A stretch of 64,000 nt of DNA, taken from Pseudomonadota bacterium. Lineage in GTDB: Bacteria; Pseudomonadota; Alphaproteobacteria; UBA828. Every line of letters begins with the position of its first letter. The stretch's first letter is position 1. The stretch lies in assembly GCA_027624955.1 (NCBI GenBank), contig JAQBTG010000017.1, positions 1,929 to 65,928 on the forward strand. The letters are read 5' to 3'. Shown one piece after another: positions 1 to 9,827 of the stretch. The notes under the pieces are model-generated. The model searched no databases. It was not told the DNA's origin and worked only from the letters and a program-made list of their open reading frames with translations. The position numbers and the translations under genes were made by a program.

Positions 1-1709
1 GCAAGGCCTCCATCGTGAAAGTGGGCGGCGAGCCGATCGGGCGTCTGTTCGGCTTTCTCGGTATCACGCGTAACCTGCCAATTCTGGAAAACTCGGCAGC
101 AGGGCTGGGTATGGTCACGTTGTTACCCGAAAACGATGGCGTGGTGCGCCGCCCGCCGCTGGTTATCCGAGTGGGGCCGGAGATTTACCCGACCATGGCG
201 CTCGAAATGCTTCGCGTCGCCTTCAACGAAACCAGCCTGGTGCTCAAAAGTGACGGCAATGGCTTGACCGGGATCGCCATCGCGGGACGCGTCATCCCGA
301 CCGATGAATCGGGACGGATCTGGTTCCACTACGCACCGCATGATCGCGCACGCTTCGTTTCAGCTAAGGAGGTATTACATGGTGAAGTCGACGCGGACAG
401 ACTAAAGGGCAAGCTCGTACTCATCGGGACGTCTGCGGCAGGTTTTCTTGATTTCAAGGCGACACCAGTAGACGACGCAATGGCAAGTGTCGAAATTCAG
501 GCGCAAATGCTTGAAGCCATTCTGTCAAAAGCCTATCTGACACGGCCAGATTTTGTCATCATTATCGAGTACGGCGCTATCGTGCTGTTCGGCTTGCTGC
601 TCCTGGTGCGTATTCCTGGCCTCAAGCCGATATTTCGCTTTGTCAGTGGCGTTCCGGTACTCGCAGGCGTGATTGGTGCTTCCTGGTATCTCTTCGACAA
701 CGCAGGCATCCTGCTCGACGTCACCTTCCCGGCAATTTCCGGAATTGTGCTCTATATCCTGTTGGTCTCCATCTATTACGTCAAAGAAGAAGCACAGCGG
801 CGCGAAGTGCGGCGCGCGTTCGGTCATTACATCGCACCTGAACTGGTGGAACAATTGGCAAACGATGCCAAAAAACTCAACCTTGGCGGGGAAATCCGCA
901 AAATGTCGATTCTGTTCTGCGACGTTCGTGGATTTACCAATATTTCCGAGCAACTTCGTGGTGACCCGGAAAAACTGACCCGTTTGCTCAACATGTATTT
1001 CACCAAGATGACCGACCGCATTTTGGAAAATGGCGGCACGATCGACAAATATATGGGGGACGCGGTCATGGCTTTTTGGAACGCCCCGCTCGACGATCCC
1101 GAGCACGCCCGCCATTGCTGTGACGCTGCGCTAGAAATGCTGGATGGAATGGCCAAGCTCAACATCAAATTACTAGAGGAAGCTGAAAGGGAAGAGCGCA
1201 TTCACGTTCCCATGCGGGTCGGCATCGGTCTCAACACAGGCGATTGCCTAGTGGGGAATTTTGGATCGGAGCACCGGCTCAACTATTCGGTCATGGGAGA
1301 CGCAGTAAATGTGGCCTCGCGGCTGGAAAGCCAACAAAAAACCTATGGCATAACTTTGATCATCGGCCAAGAAACGCATGATCTGGTGCCCGAATATGGG
1401 AGCCTCGAGCTCGATTTGATTCAGGTGCACGGCCGCGTGGAACCGGAGCGAATTTATGGCCTATTGGGCAGACAGGATTTGGCGGATTCAGCTGACTTCA
1501 AGACCCACAAGAAAAATCATGACGGGTTCCTCGCCGCCTACCGTGCTCAGGATTGGAACAGGGCGCGTGAGCTGCTGCGGCGTTGTCGCGAGTCGGACCG
1601 CCAAGGCCTAGACAAGCTCTATGAGGTTTTCGCGGCGCGTGTGGAGTCGTATTCGGTCAATCCGGTTGGGATCGATTGGGACGGTGTCCACGTCGCGCAA
1701 ACCAAATAA
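1..1709 (+). CDS. CHASE2-domain membrane adenylate/guanylate cyclase (class III), 5' end outside the window
   Basis: The ORF is open to base 3 with no upstream stop. Several hydrophobic helices are followed by a cyclase core (FGHYIAPELV..., ILFCDVRGFT..., YMGDAVMAFWNAP) and a C-terminal regulatory region. Confidence 0.8.
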   Translation, partial: KASIVKVGGEPIGRLFGFLGITRNLPILENSAAGLGMVTLLPENDGVVRRPPLVIRVGPEIYPTMALEMLRVAFNETSLVLKSDGNGLTGIAIAGRVIPTDESGRIWFHYAPHDRARFVSAKEVLHGEVDADRLKGKLVLIGTSAAGFLDFKATPVDDAMASVEIQAQMLEAILSKAYLTRPDFVIIIEYGAIVLFGLLLLVRIPGLKPIFRFVSGVPVLAGVIGASWYLFDNAGILLDVTFPAISGIVLYILLVSIYYVKEEAQRREVRRAFGHYIAPELVEQLANDAKKLNLGGEIRKMSILFCDVRGFTNISEQLRGDPEKLTRLLNMYFTKMTDRILENGGTIDKYMGDAVMAFWNAPLDDPEHARHCCDAALEMLDGMAKLNIKLLEEAEREERIHVPMRVGIGLNTGDCLVGNFGSEHRLNYSVMGDAVNVASRLESQQKTYGITLIIGQETHDLVPEYGSLELDLIQVHGRVEPERIYGLLGRQDLADSADFKTHKKNHDGFLAAYRAQDWNRARELLRRCRESDRQGLDKLYEVFAARVESYSVNPVGIDWDGVHVAQTK

Positions 1710-1865
1710 TGAAATTGTTGCGGGGCAGCACAAGCGATGGAAATTCGGAAATAACTCCACCGAGCAACTCAAATATCGGTAAAGCTGCTATATTGTGCGG
1801 TAGCGAGACAAAATTCAGAGAACAACGCCGCCGACGGCGGCGCACAATATTGGGAAGAATAGAAA

Positions 1866-2720
1866 TTGTACGAATCCAACGAGCGGCAGCGACCTTTAGA
1901 TCCGGCGGACTCATCCTTGAATAGCGGGGAAATCGTCGAACGCGGCATCAAAATTCACGGCGACGCAGAATTCGAGGCGATGCGCAAAACTGGGCGATTG
2001 GCCGCCGAAGTTCTCGACTTTATTACACCTTATGTCGTTCCGGGCGTCAGCACAGACGAGCTTGACCGCCTGTGTGACGACATGACGGTAGCTGCCGGTG
2101 CAATATCCGCACCCCTCGGCTACCGTGGCTATCCCAAATCCATCTGCACGTCGATAAATCATGTCGTCTGCCATGGCATCCCAAGCGAGAAGCGCCTGCA
2201 AGATGGCGACATTATCAATGTTGATGTCACCGTAATTGTGAACGGATGGCACGGCGATTCAAGTCGCATGTTCTACGTCGGCAAACCCGCCGCCAAAGCC
2301 CGCCGCCTAATAGATATCACCTATGAAGCCATGATGCTCGGCATCGCCGCGGTCCGGCCGGATGCCACACTCGGCGACATTGGGTATGCCATTCAAAGTT
2401 ACGCGGAATCTCATCGCTGCAGTGTGGTGCGCGACTTTTGCGGCCATGGCATTGGCCGCATTTTCCATGACTCACCCAATGTGGTGCATTACGGCGAAGC
2501 AGGCGAAGGCTTAAAACTCAAGCAAGGCATGATTTTCACCATCGAGCCGATGATAAATTTGGGAACTTGGCAGGTAAAACTGCTGAAGGACGGCTGGACT
2601 GCGGTGACCAAAGACCGTTCACTATCGGCCCAATTCGAACATTCCATTGGCATCACCGCCGATGGCGTCGAGATTTTCACTTCGTCTCCGGCGGGGTATA
2701 CCAAGCCACCTTACGATTGA
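1866..2720 (+). CDS. map: methionine aminopeptidase type I
   Basis: Collinear with E. coli Map (MRKTGRLAAEVL, VCHGIP, HGDSSRMF, FTIEPM, SAQFEHSI). The start is a TTG with an upstream GGAAG. The roughly 25-aa N-terminal extension makes the start uncertain. Confidence 0.85.
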   Translation: MYESNERQRPLDPADSSLNSGEIVERGIKIHGDAEFEAMRKTGRLAAEVLDFITPYVVPGVSTDELDRLCDDMTVAAGAISAPLGYRGYPKSICTSINHVVCHGIPSEKRLQDGDIINVDVTVIVNGWHGDSSRMFYVGKPAAKARRLIDITYEAMMLGIAAVRPDATLGDIGYAIQSYAESHRCSVVRDFCGHGIGRIFHDSPNVVHYGEAGEGLKLKQGMIFTIEPMINLGTWQVKLLKDGWTAVTKDRSLSAQFEHSIGITADGVEIFTSSPAGYTKPPYD

Positions 2721-2737
2721 GACCTGCCAGACCTGGC

Positions 2738-3451
2738 ATGGATCCAGCGGCGCGGAAGGCTGATCACATCTTGTCGGAAAAAGCGCATTATACCGGCCAC
2801 CGGCAACGCCTTAGGGAGCGCTTCGCGAAAGCCGGGGCGGATGCATTGGCCGATTACGAACTAGTCGAAATGCTGCTTTTTAGTGCCCTGCCACGTGGCG
2901 ATGTAAAGCCCTTAGCCAAGAGCCTGCTCAAGCGCTTCGGCAGCGTCGGCGCAATCCTTGCGGCCGAGCCCAGGTCCTTGGCCGAAGTAGAGGGCGCCGG
3001 CAAAGCGGTTGTTCATTCATTGAAATTGGCTGAAGCCATCTCGCTCAGAATGCTCCGCGACCAGCTCAGGGATCGGCCCGTGATCGCCAATTGGAAAGCC
3101 CTGCTAGACTATTGCAAGGCGAGCTTTGCGCACCAGATGAACGAGCGATTCCATGTTATGTTCCTAGACAACAACAATTCTCTAATCGCGGATGAAACGC
3201 AGCAAAAAGGCACGGTTAATCATGTGCCGCTCTATCCGCGCGAAGTCATTAAGCGGGCATTGGAGCTCAGTGCATCGGCCCTTATACTCGTCCACAATCA
3301 CCCAAGTGGGGATTCGACGCCCTCTGCTGCAGATATTGAAATGACTGAAGAAGTTTGCGAGGCGGGCAAGAAATTGGGTATCTCCGTGCACGACCATCTG
3401 ATTATTAGCCGCAACGGTCATAGCTCATTCAAGTCGATGGGCCTGTTATAA
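2738..3451 (+). CDS. radC: RadC-family JAB/MPN domain protein
   Basis: Helix-hairpin-helix-like N-terminus and a JAMM motif (ALILVHNHPSGDSTPSAADIEMT). The ATG at 2738 follows the map stop; the upstream in-frame ORF extension overlaps map and is rejected. Confidence 0.8.
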   Translation: MDPAARKADHILSEKAHYTGHRQRLRERFAKAGADALADYELVEMLLFSALPRGDVKPLAKSLLKRFGSVGAILAAEPRSLAEVEGAGKAVVHSLKLAEAISLRMLRDQLRDRPVIANWKALLDYCKASFAHQMNERFHVMFLDNNNSLIADETQQKGTVNHVPLYPREVIKRALELSASALILVHNHPSGDSTPSAADIEMTEEVCEAGKKLGISVHDHLIISRNGHSSFKSMGLL

Positions 3452-3470
3452 TTCAGACTGGGATAACGCC

Positions 3471-4070
3471 ATGAAAAGCCGTCGCAGCACGCGGTCCGCA
3501 ATTATTTCTGCGGCTGCAGCATTATCTATGCTGCTGGTGGTATCGGGCGAATCTGCAGCAAAAAGTGACGAAGACCTGACCGGATTGCGGGGTATTCGCT
3601 GGGGTATGAGCGTGACAGACGCGATCGCACTATTTGGGCGGTCGGTTTTGATTCAGCAGACAAAAACATCTATCTCGGGCTGTATTGTGCAATACGCCAT
3701 TCCAATTCGTTTGCTCGATGAAGACTGGTTCATATGGCTCTGTGAAGCGCCGGAAGAAGCCATTGTCACAGCCCTCAATATAGAAACAGCGAACCGTCAT
3801 ACCGAACATTTCGACGTGTTCTTAGAGGCATTTGTCGAGGCCTACGGCCCTGCGCACAGCTTTTGGCACAGCTGCCACAATGTGAACTGGAACAAGACAG
3901 TTCAATATGACTGGTATTTCCCGGATCTAAGAATCAGCCTTGTGGACCGCGACGAGCCGGCCAATTGGGTCGTCATGCGCTATGAGCCGCCTTCCGACAA
4001 GGTGGAATACGGCCCCGGTGTCTGCGTTGAACCGCCGCTCGATTTGCGGCGAGACACAGCACCGGGATAA
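3471..4070 (+). CDS. hypothetical secreted protein (signal peptide, 4 Cys)
   Basis: N-terminal signal peptide MKSRRSTRSAIISAAAALSMLLVVSGESAA. No recognisable domain. Lower GC than neighbouring genes. Confidence 0.5.
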   Translation: MKSRRSTRSAIISAAAALSMLLVVSGESAAKSDEDLTGLRGIRWGMSVTDAIALFGRSVLIQQTKTSISGCIVQYAIPIRLLDEDWFIWLCEAPEEAIVTALNIETANRHTEHFDVFLEAFVEAYGPAHSFWHSCHNVNWNKTVQYDWYFPDLRISLVDRDEPANWVVMRYEPPSDKVEYGPGVCVEPPLDLRRDTAPG

Positions 4071-4123
4071 CCGCGCCCTCGATTGCGGCCCGCTCATTCC
4101 ACCTCGTCAGATGTCTGCAATAT

Positions 4124-4891
4124 TCAGGCGTCAGCGCTTTTCGCCGCCGCATCCATCATATCGCTCAACATAGACGGCTTGGGAACGCTCGGCTTGGGAT
4201 AGGCCTTGCGGCTGTGGGTAAGGCCGAGCCCCAAAAACATTTCTGCCATCTTATATGTGAGCGGACCAGGATTTATCACCGGCACTGGCAGGTTTGCTGC
4301 CATATGACCATGTGCCTGATGCATGGTGGTAGATCCCAGGAGGATCACCTCCGCGCCGTCTTCCTCGATACAACGCATGGCGCACTCGACGAGCTTGGGA
4401 AACACGACTTCTTCCTTGCCGCCGAGCAAATTGGCGACATCGGGCATGACATTGATCGACCGCACCGAAGCAAGACGGTCATTCATGCCATATTCTTGCG
4501 CAGTTTTCTTATACAGCGGAATCCAGCCATCCCACTGCGTCACAACCGAAAATTTATTGCCCATCATCAAAGCCATCAGATAGGACGCCCGGCCCGGACC
4601 GATAACCGGTATGTCCAATACCGAGCGCATCGCGTTCATGCCGGAATCACTCATGGTGTCGATGCAGACGGCGTCGTAGCCCTCTTCCTGGGCGCTCATC
4701 GCAGCTTCGAATAGCGCGATATCGCCTAATAGATAGTCATGATAGCAATCGAGAATTGCCGGGCCTGCCTTAACGCCACGAAATTCAAATTCGATATCCG
4801 GGCCAAAAGAGACAGAATCGAGTTGCGAGCGGCGATTTTGGATCCCATCGGCATCGAGAGCGAAGGGTACGATTACCAATACTTTGGCCAT
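4124..4891 (-). CDS. Asp/Glu/hydantoin racemase family protein
   Basis: MAKVLVIVPF N-terminus. Cys at position 76 sits in a DxxCIDTM context typical of hydantoin racemases, but the second catalytic Cys region reads LLGSTTM with no Cys. Start chosen at MAKV (ATG 4889-4891). Divergent from hyuA. Confidence 0.7.
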   Translation of the reverse strand: MAKVLVIVPFALDADGIQNRRSQLDSVSFGPDIEFEFRGVKAGPAILDCYHDYLLGDIALFEAAMSAQEEGYDAVCIDTMSDSGMNAMRSVLDIPVIGPGRASYLMALMMGNKFSVVTQWDGWIPLYKKTAQEYGMNDRLASVRSINVMPDVANLLGGKEEVVFPKLVECAMRCIEEDGAEVILLGSTTMHQAHGHMAANLPVPVINPGPLTYKMAEMFLGLGLTHSRKAYPKPSVPKPSMLSDMMDAAAKSADA

Positions 4892-4922
4892 GAAGAACTC
4901 CCTGAATGTTGTGATTGGTGGT

Positions 4923-4934
4923 GACAAATTTGTC
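4923..4934. promoter_or_regulatory. perfect 12-bp palindrome GACAAATTTGTC in the divergent racemase/hyuA promoter region
   Basis: Read directly from the sequence. Lies in the 218-bp divergent intergenic region. Confidence 0.4.
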
Positions 4935-5108
4935 CGAACATGATGCCCCATTCTGCGTCGGCGGGAAAGTGCAAGCCGTCCCTGCCCGCTTTTTTAAGAG
5001 ATTGGATGGTATCGGCACACACGTTCTTGACGGGCGCAGACGCGGGTCCCAAACTGCGCCCGCTGCAGCGAATTTTCGCCCGGTACGCAAGTCAAATGGC
5101 AGGAATCT

Positions 5109-7187
5109 ATGAAACTAATTGGCGTCGATGTCGGCGGCACGTTTACCGACCTGATCATCACCGATAGTGAGACGCAGCAAACCGAAATCCACAAGGTTCC
5201 GACAACGGCTGAGGATCCAAGTATCGGCGCGACCGAGGGCATTCGCGAGTTGTGCGCGCGCAGCGGCATAGAGCCCGGCGATATCGATCATGTGTTTCAC
5301 GGCACTACCATCGCGACCAATGCGGTGCTGCAGCATGATGGTGCGCGGACCGGCATGATCACCAGTAAAGGCTATCGCGATATTATCCATATCGGCCGCC
5401 ATCAGCGGCCCGAAAACTATTCAATCATGCAGGATATTCCGTGGCAGTCGCGCCCGCTGGTGCGCCGACGCCACCGTAAGACCGTGGCGGAGCGTTTGAT
5501 ACCACCCGCGGGCGACGTGTTGGTACCGCTTGATGAAGAAGCCGTGCGCAAGGCGGCGCGGGAATTCAAGGCAGAAGGCGTCGAGGCCATCGCCATTTGT
5601 TTCCTATTTTCCTATCTCGAACCGAAGCACGAATTGCGCGCGCGCGAGATAGTCCTGGAAGAATACCCGGAAGCTTTCGTCTGTACTTCAGCGCGGGTAG
5701 CGCCACAATTTCGCGAGTTTGAGCGCTTCACTACCGCTGCGATGAACGCTTTTATCGGCCCGAAAGTGCGCACTTACGTGCAGCGCTTTGACGACAAATT
5801 GAAGGAATCCGGCTTGTCTGCGGATTTGCACATCATGGGCTCGAACGGCGGTGTGGCAACAGCGCAAACGGTGGCCGAGCTGCCGGTCGTCACATTGTTG
5901 TCCGGGCCGGCGGCAGGCGTGTTGGGCGGCGCGTGGGCGGCGGCGCTCTCTGGGCGGAGCCGGCTCATTACGTTCGATGTCGGCGGCACAAGCGCCGACA
6001 TCGGTATTGTCATCGATGGGCAATATAGCGAAGCCACGGCACGCGATACCTGGATTGGCGGTTATCCGATCCTTGTCGCCATGATCGACATTGGCACCAT
6101 TGGCGCCGGCGGCGGCTCCATCGCCCATGTCGATGCCGGCGGCGGATTCAAGGTGGGACCGCAAAGCGCTGGCGCGCGCCCAGGGCCGGCTTGTTATGGC
6201 TTTGGCGGCGAGGCGCCCACGGTGACCGATGCCAATCTCGCCCTCGGCCGCCTCGATCCGGATAATTTCCTGGGCGGCAGTATGGCGCTCGATGCGTCCG
6301 CCGCCGAAAAAGTGATCGACACTCTCGCCGGGCGCCTCGGCCTCGAGCGCTTCGAGGCAGCTGAAGGCGTACTCACCATCATGAACAGCAACATGGCCAA
6401 CGCCATCCGCGCCAAGACGGTGCAAAAGGGCATTGATCCGCGCGGCTTTTCCCTCGTCGCTTTCGGCGGTGCCGGTCCGCTGCATGGTGCCGAAGTGGCG
6501 GACCTGCTCGGCATCCCTGAGGTTGTCGTACCACCCCATCCGGGCATTACTTCGGCCGGTGGCCTGTTAACCACCGACCTTAAATATGATCAAATTAAGA
6601 CCGAGTTCCAGGTCAAAGGCACAGTCGACCTGGACAAGATCAACCGGGATTTCCAAGCCCTCAGCGCGGAGCTGCTCGAACAATTCGCATCCGACGGGCT
6701 CTCTGAGGCCGAGGTCGAACAGCTCAGATTCGGCGACCTGCGCTATGTCGGTCAAGGATATGAATTGCGCGTCGGGATTCCTCGGGGCGCCCTGAACGAT
6801 GCAGCTCTAGAACAAGTCTGGCAGGCCTTCCACGAGTTGCACGAACAGGAATATGGGCATTTTTTCACCGACAGCCCGATTGAGATCGTCAATATCCGCC
6901 TCACGGGCGTTGGCAAAATGCCAAAGATCGCCAATCCCCCAGCGCCAATTGGAGAATCGCTCGACGCAGCCCATGTGAAAACGGCCACGTCAGTCTTCCG
7001 GGTTGATGGCGCCTTGCAACGGCTGGAAACGAAATTCTACATCCGTGCTAAGCTCCCGCCGGAAACTGCCTTCGATGGCCCGGCAGTAATTTTGCAAAAA
7101 GATACCACCACAGTGGTGCCGCCCGGTTGGTCCGCCGTTTTGGACAAGGGCGCTAATTTGATACTTACGGCCAACAGGAAAGGCTGA
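5109..7187 (+). CDS. hyuA: hydantoinase/oxoprolinase family subunit A (ATP-dependent, HyuA-like)
   Basis: [17 protein letters not shown]-terminus (ASKHA fold). 692 aa, collinear with N-methylhydantoinase A / acetone carboxylase beta family. Confidence 0.85.
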   Translation: MKLIGVDVGGTFTDLIITDSETQQTEIHKVPTTAEDPSIGATEGIRELCARSGIEPGDIDHVFHGTTIATNAVLQHDGARTGMITSKGYRDIIHIGRHQRPENYSIMQDIPWQSRPLVRRRHRKTVAERLIPPAGDVLVPLDEEAVRKAAREFKAEGVEAIAICFLFSYLEPKHELRAREIVLEEYPEAFVCTSARVAPQFREFERFTTAAMNAFIGPKVRTYVQRFDDKLKESGLSADLHIMGSNGGVATAQTVAELPVVTLLSGPAAGVLGGAWAAALSGRSRLITFDVGGTSADIGIVIDGQYSEATARDTWIGGYPILVAMIDIGTIGAGGGSIAHVDAGGGFKVGPQSAGARPGPACYGFGGEAPTVTDANLALGRLDPDNFLGGSMALDASAAEKVIDTLAGRLGLERFEAAEGVLTIMNSNMANAIRAKTVQKGIDPRGFSLVAFGGAGPLHGAEVADLLGIPEVVVPPHPGITSAGGLLTTDLKYDQIKTEFQVKGTVDLDKINRDFQALSAELLEQFASDGLSEAEVEQLRFGDLRYVGQGYELRVGIPRGALNDAALEQVWQAFHELHEQEYGHFFTDSPIEIVNIRLTGVGKMPKIANPPAPIGESLDAAHVKTATSVFRVDGALQRLETKFYIRAKLPPETAFDGPAVILQKDTTTVVPPGWSAVLDKGANLILTANRKG

Positions 7188-7192
7188 ACGAC

Positions 7193-8986
7193 ATGTCCGG
7201 AAATGGCAGCAATATTCGCTCCAACCGCAGCGCCATCGATCCCGTTACCGCGAATGTTATCCAGGGCGCCTTGGAAAACATAGCGGTTGAGATGGGCTAC
7301 AAGCTGATGCGCATGTCCTATTCGAGCATCATTCGCGAGTCGGAGGATTTCGGCGCCGCCATCATCGACGCTCGGGGCCGCCAGTTATGTGAATCGAAGC
7401 AGAGCACGCCGCTTCAGAGCGGCCCGATCCCGGGCTACGTGAAAGGCATGCATAAATTGTTCGAAGAGCGCGGAGATGTACTGAATCCGGGTGACGTGAT
7501 CATCCATAATTCGGCCTATCATGGCGCCAGCCACGGTCCCGACGTGGCCTTCATCGTGCCGGTCTTTATGGCGGACGACAAATTGGTGGGCTATTCGGTC
7601 ACTACTGCGCATCACCTCGATATTGGAGCGCTTAGCCCCGGCAGTTGCGGCATCGTGGACGCCATGGATGCCTATGCCGAGGGCCTGCAATTCAAAGCTT
7701 TGAAGGCCTATGACCGAGGCGTGAAGAACGAAGTCTTGTGGAGTATTTTACGCGACAACATCCGCGCCTCAGACCTTGTGGTCGGTGATATGGAAGCTCA
7801 GGTGGCTGCTTCGCGTATCGGCGCCGATCGCTTTTTGGAATTGATCGATCGCTACGATCTGGAAACTGTCGACGCCGCCGCGGACGCCTTGATGGATTAT
7901 TCCGAGCGCCTCATGCGTCAGGCTATCGAGGAGCTGCCGGACGGAAGCTACAGCGCCTTAGGCCATCTTGACGGCTTCCTCGATGACCCTCAGCGGCGCG
8001 ATTTCGAGATCGCTGTAACGGTCACAGTGGCGGGCAGCGACTTGACGGTCGATCTGACCGGCACGGCGGATCAGTGTAATGACCGGCCGATCAATATGCC
8101 GCTCGAGGGTACGGTGGATTGCGCTATCTGGCTGACATTGCGCTCAATCCTTCTGGACAGCACGGTCTATGGCAGCATTCCGCAGAATTCCGGCCTCGTG
8201 CGCCCCATCAAGATCGTCGCGCCCTTGGGCTGCCTGGCAAATCCGATCTTCCCCGCCCCCACCATCGCCCGCTTCGCACCCGGCAATATCGTCGCCGACA
8301 CGCTGATGAAAGCGTTGACCGAAGCCGTGCCAACAAAAGTCGGTGCCGGTGTGGGCAACCTCAAGGTGGTAGCGTTCAGCGGTATCAAGGGCGAGCAGCA
8401 CTGGGTACATATGGAAATCCATGAAGGCAGCTATGGCGGTCGTTATGGCAAGGACGGTATGGACGCCGTCGATACGCTCTACGCCAACACGCGTAACAAT
8501 CCGATCGAAGACATCGAATCGCATACCCCGCTACGGGTGACGCGCTACGAATTGCGTGACGATTCAGCCGCTGCCGGGCGCTGGCGTGGCGGAATCGGCT
8601 CGATCCGAGAGGTCGAATTCCTCGAAGACAGCTTTATTTCGGTCGAGGGCGATGGCCATAAATACCCGCCCTGGGGATTTGACGGCGGCGCCGAAGGCAA
8701 CACCGCCAGCCTCGACTACATAGACACTGTTGGCGGGCGCACTGGCCTGCCTTCGATGATGCCCAACCGGGCGGTCAAGGCCGGCGAATCCCTGGCGCTG
8801 ACCGGAACCTGCGGCGGTGGCTATGGCGATCCCCGGTCGCGCCCGGCAAGCGACGTTTTGGAAGACGTATTGGACGGTTATATTTCCGTTCAAAGAGCAA
8901 AAAACGATTACGGCGTCATTATCACGCCGTCTCTGAAACTCGATTCCGCCGCGACCGCAGAGAGACGCGGCCCAAGTGGGAAATGA
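7193..8986 (+). CDS. hyuB: hydantoinase B/oxoprolinase family subunit (HyuB-like)
   Basis: 597 aa starting 5 nt after hyuA. HyuB-type motifs (DPVTANVIQGALENIAVEMG, GDGHKYPPWG). Confidence 0.85.
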   Translation: MSGNGSNIRSNRSAIDPVTANVIQGALENIAVEMGYKLMRMSYSSIIRESEDFGAAIIDARGRQLCESKQSTPLQSGPIPGYVKGMHKLFEERGDVLNPGDVIIHNSAYHGASHGPDVAFIVPVFMADDKLVGYSVTTAHHLDIGALSPGSCGIVDAMDAYAEGLQFKALKAYDRGVKNEVLWSILRDNIRASDLVVGDMEAQVAASRIGADRFLELIDRYDLETVDAAADALMDYSERLMRQAIEELPDGSYSALGHLDGFLDDPQRRDFEIAVTVTVAGSDLTVDLTGTADQCNDRPINMPLEGTVDCAIWLTLRSILLDSTVYGSIPQNSGLVRPIKIVAPLGCLANPIFPAPTIARFAPGNIVADTLMKALTEAVPTKVGAGVGNLKVVAFSGIKGEQHWVHMEIHEGSYGGRYGKDGMDAVDTLYANTRNNPIEDIESHTPLRVTRYELRDDSAAAGRWRGGIGSIREVEFLEDSFISVEGDGHKYPPWGFDGGAEGNTASLDYIDTVGGRTGLPSMMPNRAVKAGESLALTGTCGGGYGDPRSRPASDVLEDVLDGYISVQRAKNDYGVIITPSLKLDSAATAERRGPSGK

Positions 8987-9011
8987 CGGCAGACGTGAAA
9001 GGAATTAGACA

Positions 9012-9779
9012 ATGAGAATCAAGGTCATCAATCCGAACACGACGCTTGAAATGACGGCGGGAATCGGCGACGCCGCCCGCTCGGTGGCACGGCCCGGCAC
9101 GGAAATTATCGCTGTCAGCCCTGACTTCGGTCCTACATCAATCGAATCTTATTATGACGAATATGTCGCCGCCTGCGGCGTGCTCGACGAAGTGCGCAAG
9201 GGTGAGGAAGAAGGCATCGATGCATACGTCATCGCCTGTTACGGCGATCCCGGGCTCCATGCGGCGCGCGAAATGACGACCGCACCGGTGATCGGCATTG
9301 CTGAGGCGTCTTTCTACACCGCGGCCATGTTGGCAGCGCGTTTTTCCATCGTCTCGGTGGTGCCGCGTATTCACACTTTATTGGAAGAGCTAGTGCGCAG
9401 CTACGGCATGCAGGAAAAATGCGTCGCCATCCGCACCACGCCGCTCTACGTGCTCGACATTGAGAGAGACCCGGTCGGCTCGTTCGACAAATTGCGCGAC
9501 GAAGTTCGCCGTTCAGTCAGGGAGGACGATGCCGAAGCGGTCTGTCTCGGCTGCGCCGGGTTCGCCAAGTTCGCTCAGGAATTGGAGGACGAGCTTGGCG
9601 TGCCGGTACTAGACGGTGTGGTCTGCGCCACGAAGCAGGCTGAAGTTTTGGTCGAACTTGGCAAAAAGACGAGCAAGCTTAAAACCTACCGCCCGCCAGA
9701 GCAGAAGCGTTTCGTTGGCATGTTCTCGCACTTCTCGACCGATGGTTCCGCTGATAAGAAGCAGGCGGCGGCGGAATAG
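9012..9779 (+). CDS. hyuE: hydantoin racemase (Asp/Glu/hydantoin racemase family)
   Basis: MRIKVINPNTT N-terminus. Both catalytic Cys are present (C76 in YVIACYGDPG, C181 in LGCAG). Confidence 0.8.
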   Translation: MRIKVINPNTTLEMTAGIGDAARSVARPGTEIIAVSPDFGPTSIESYYDEYVAACGVLDEVRKGEEEGIDAYVIACYGDPGLHAAREMTTAPVIGIAEASFYTAAMLAARFSIVSVVPRIHTLLEELVRSYGMQEKCVAIRTTPLYVLDIERDPVGSFDKLRDEVRRSVREDDAEAVCLGCAGFAKFAQELEDELGVPVLDGVVCATKQAEVLVELGKKTSKLKTYRPPEQKRFVGMFSHFSTDGSADKKQAAAE

Positions 9780-9827
9780 CGTGCCCTTGCGCCGGCGAGC
9801 ACCCACGGCGCGGAGTATAACAGCGCC

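Noticed and set aside
5688-6539. 283-aa minus-strand ORF inside hyuA
   Set aside because: Antisense shadow ORF. hyuA on the plus strand has full-length family collinearity.
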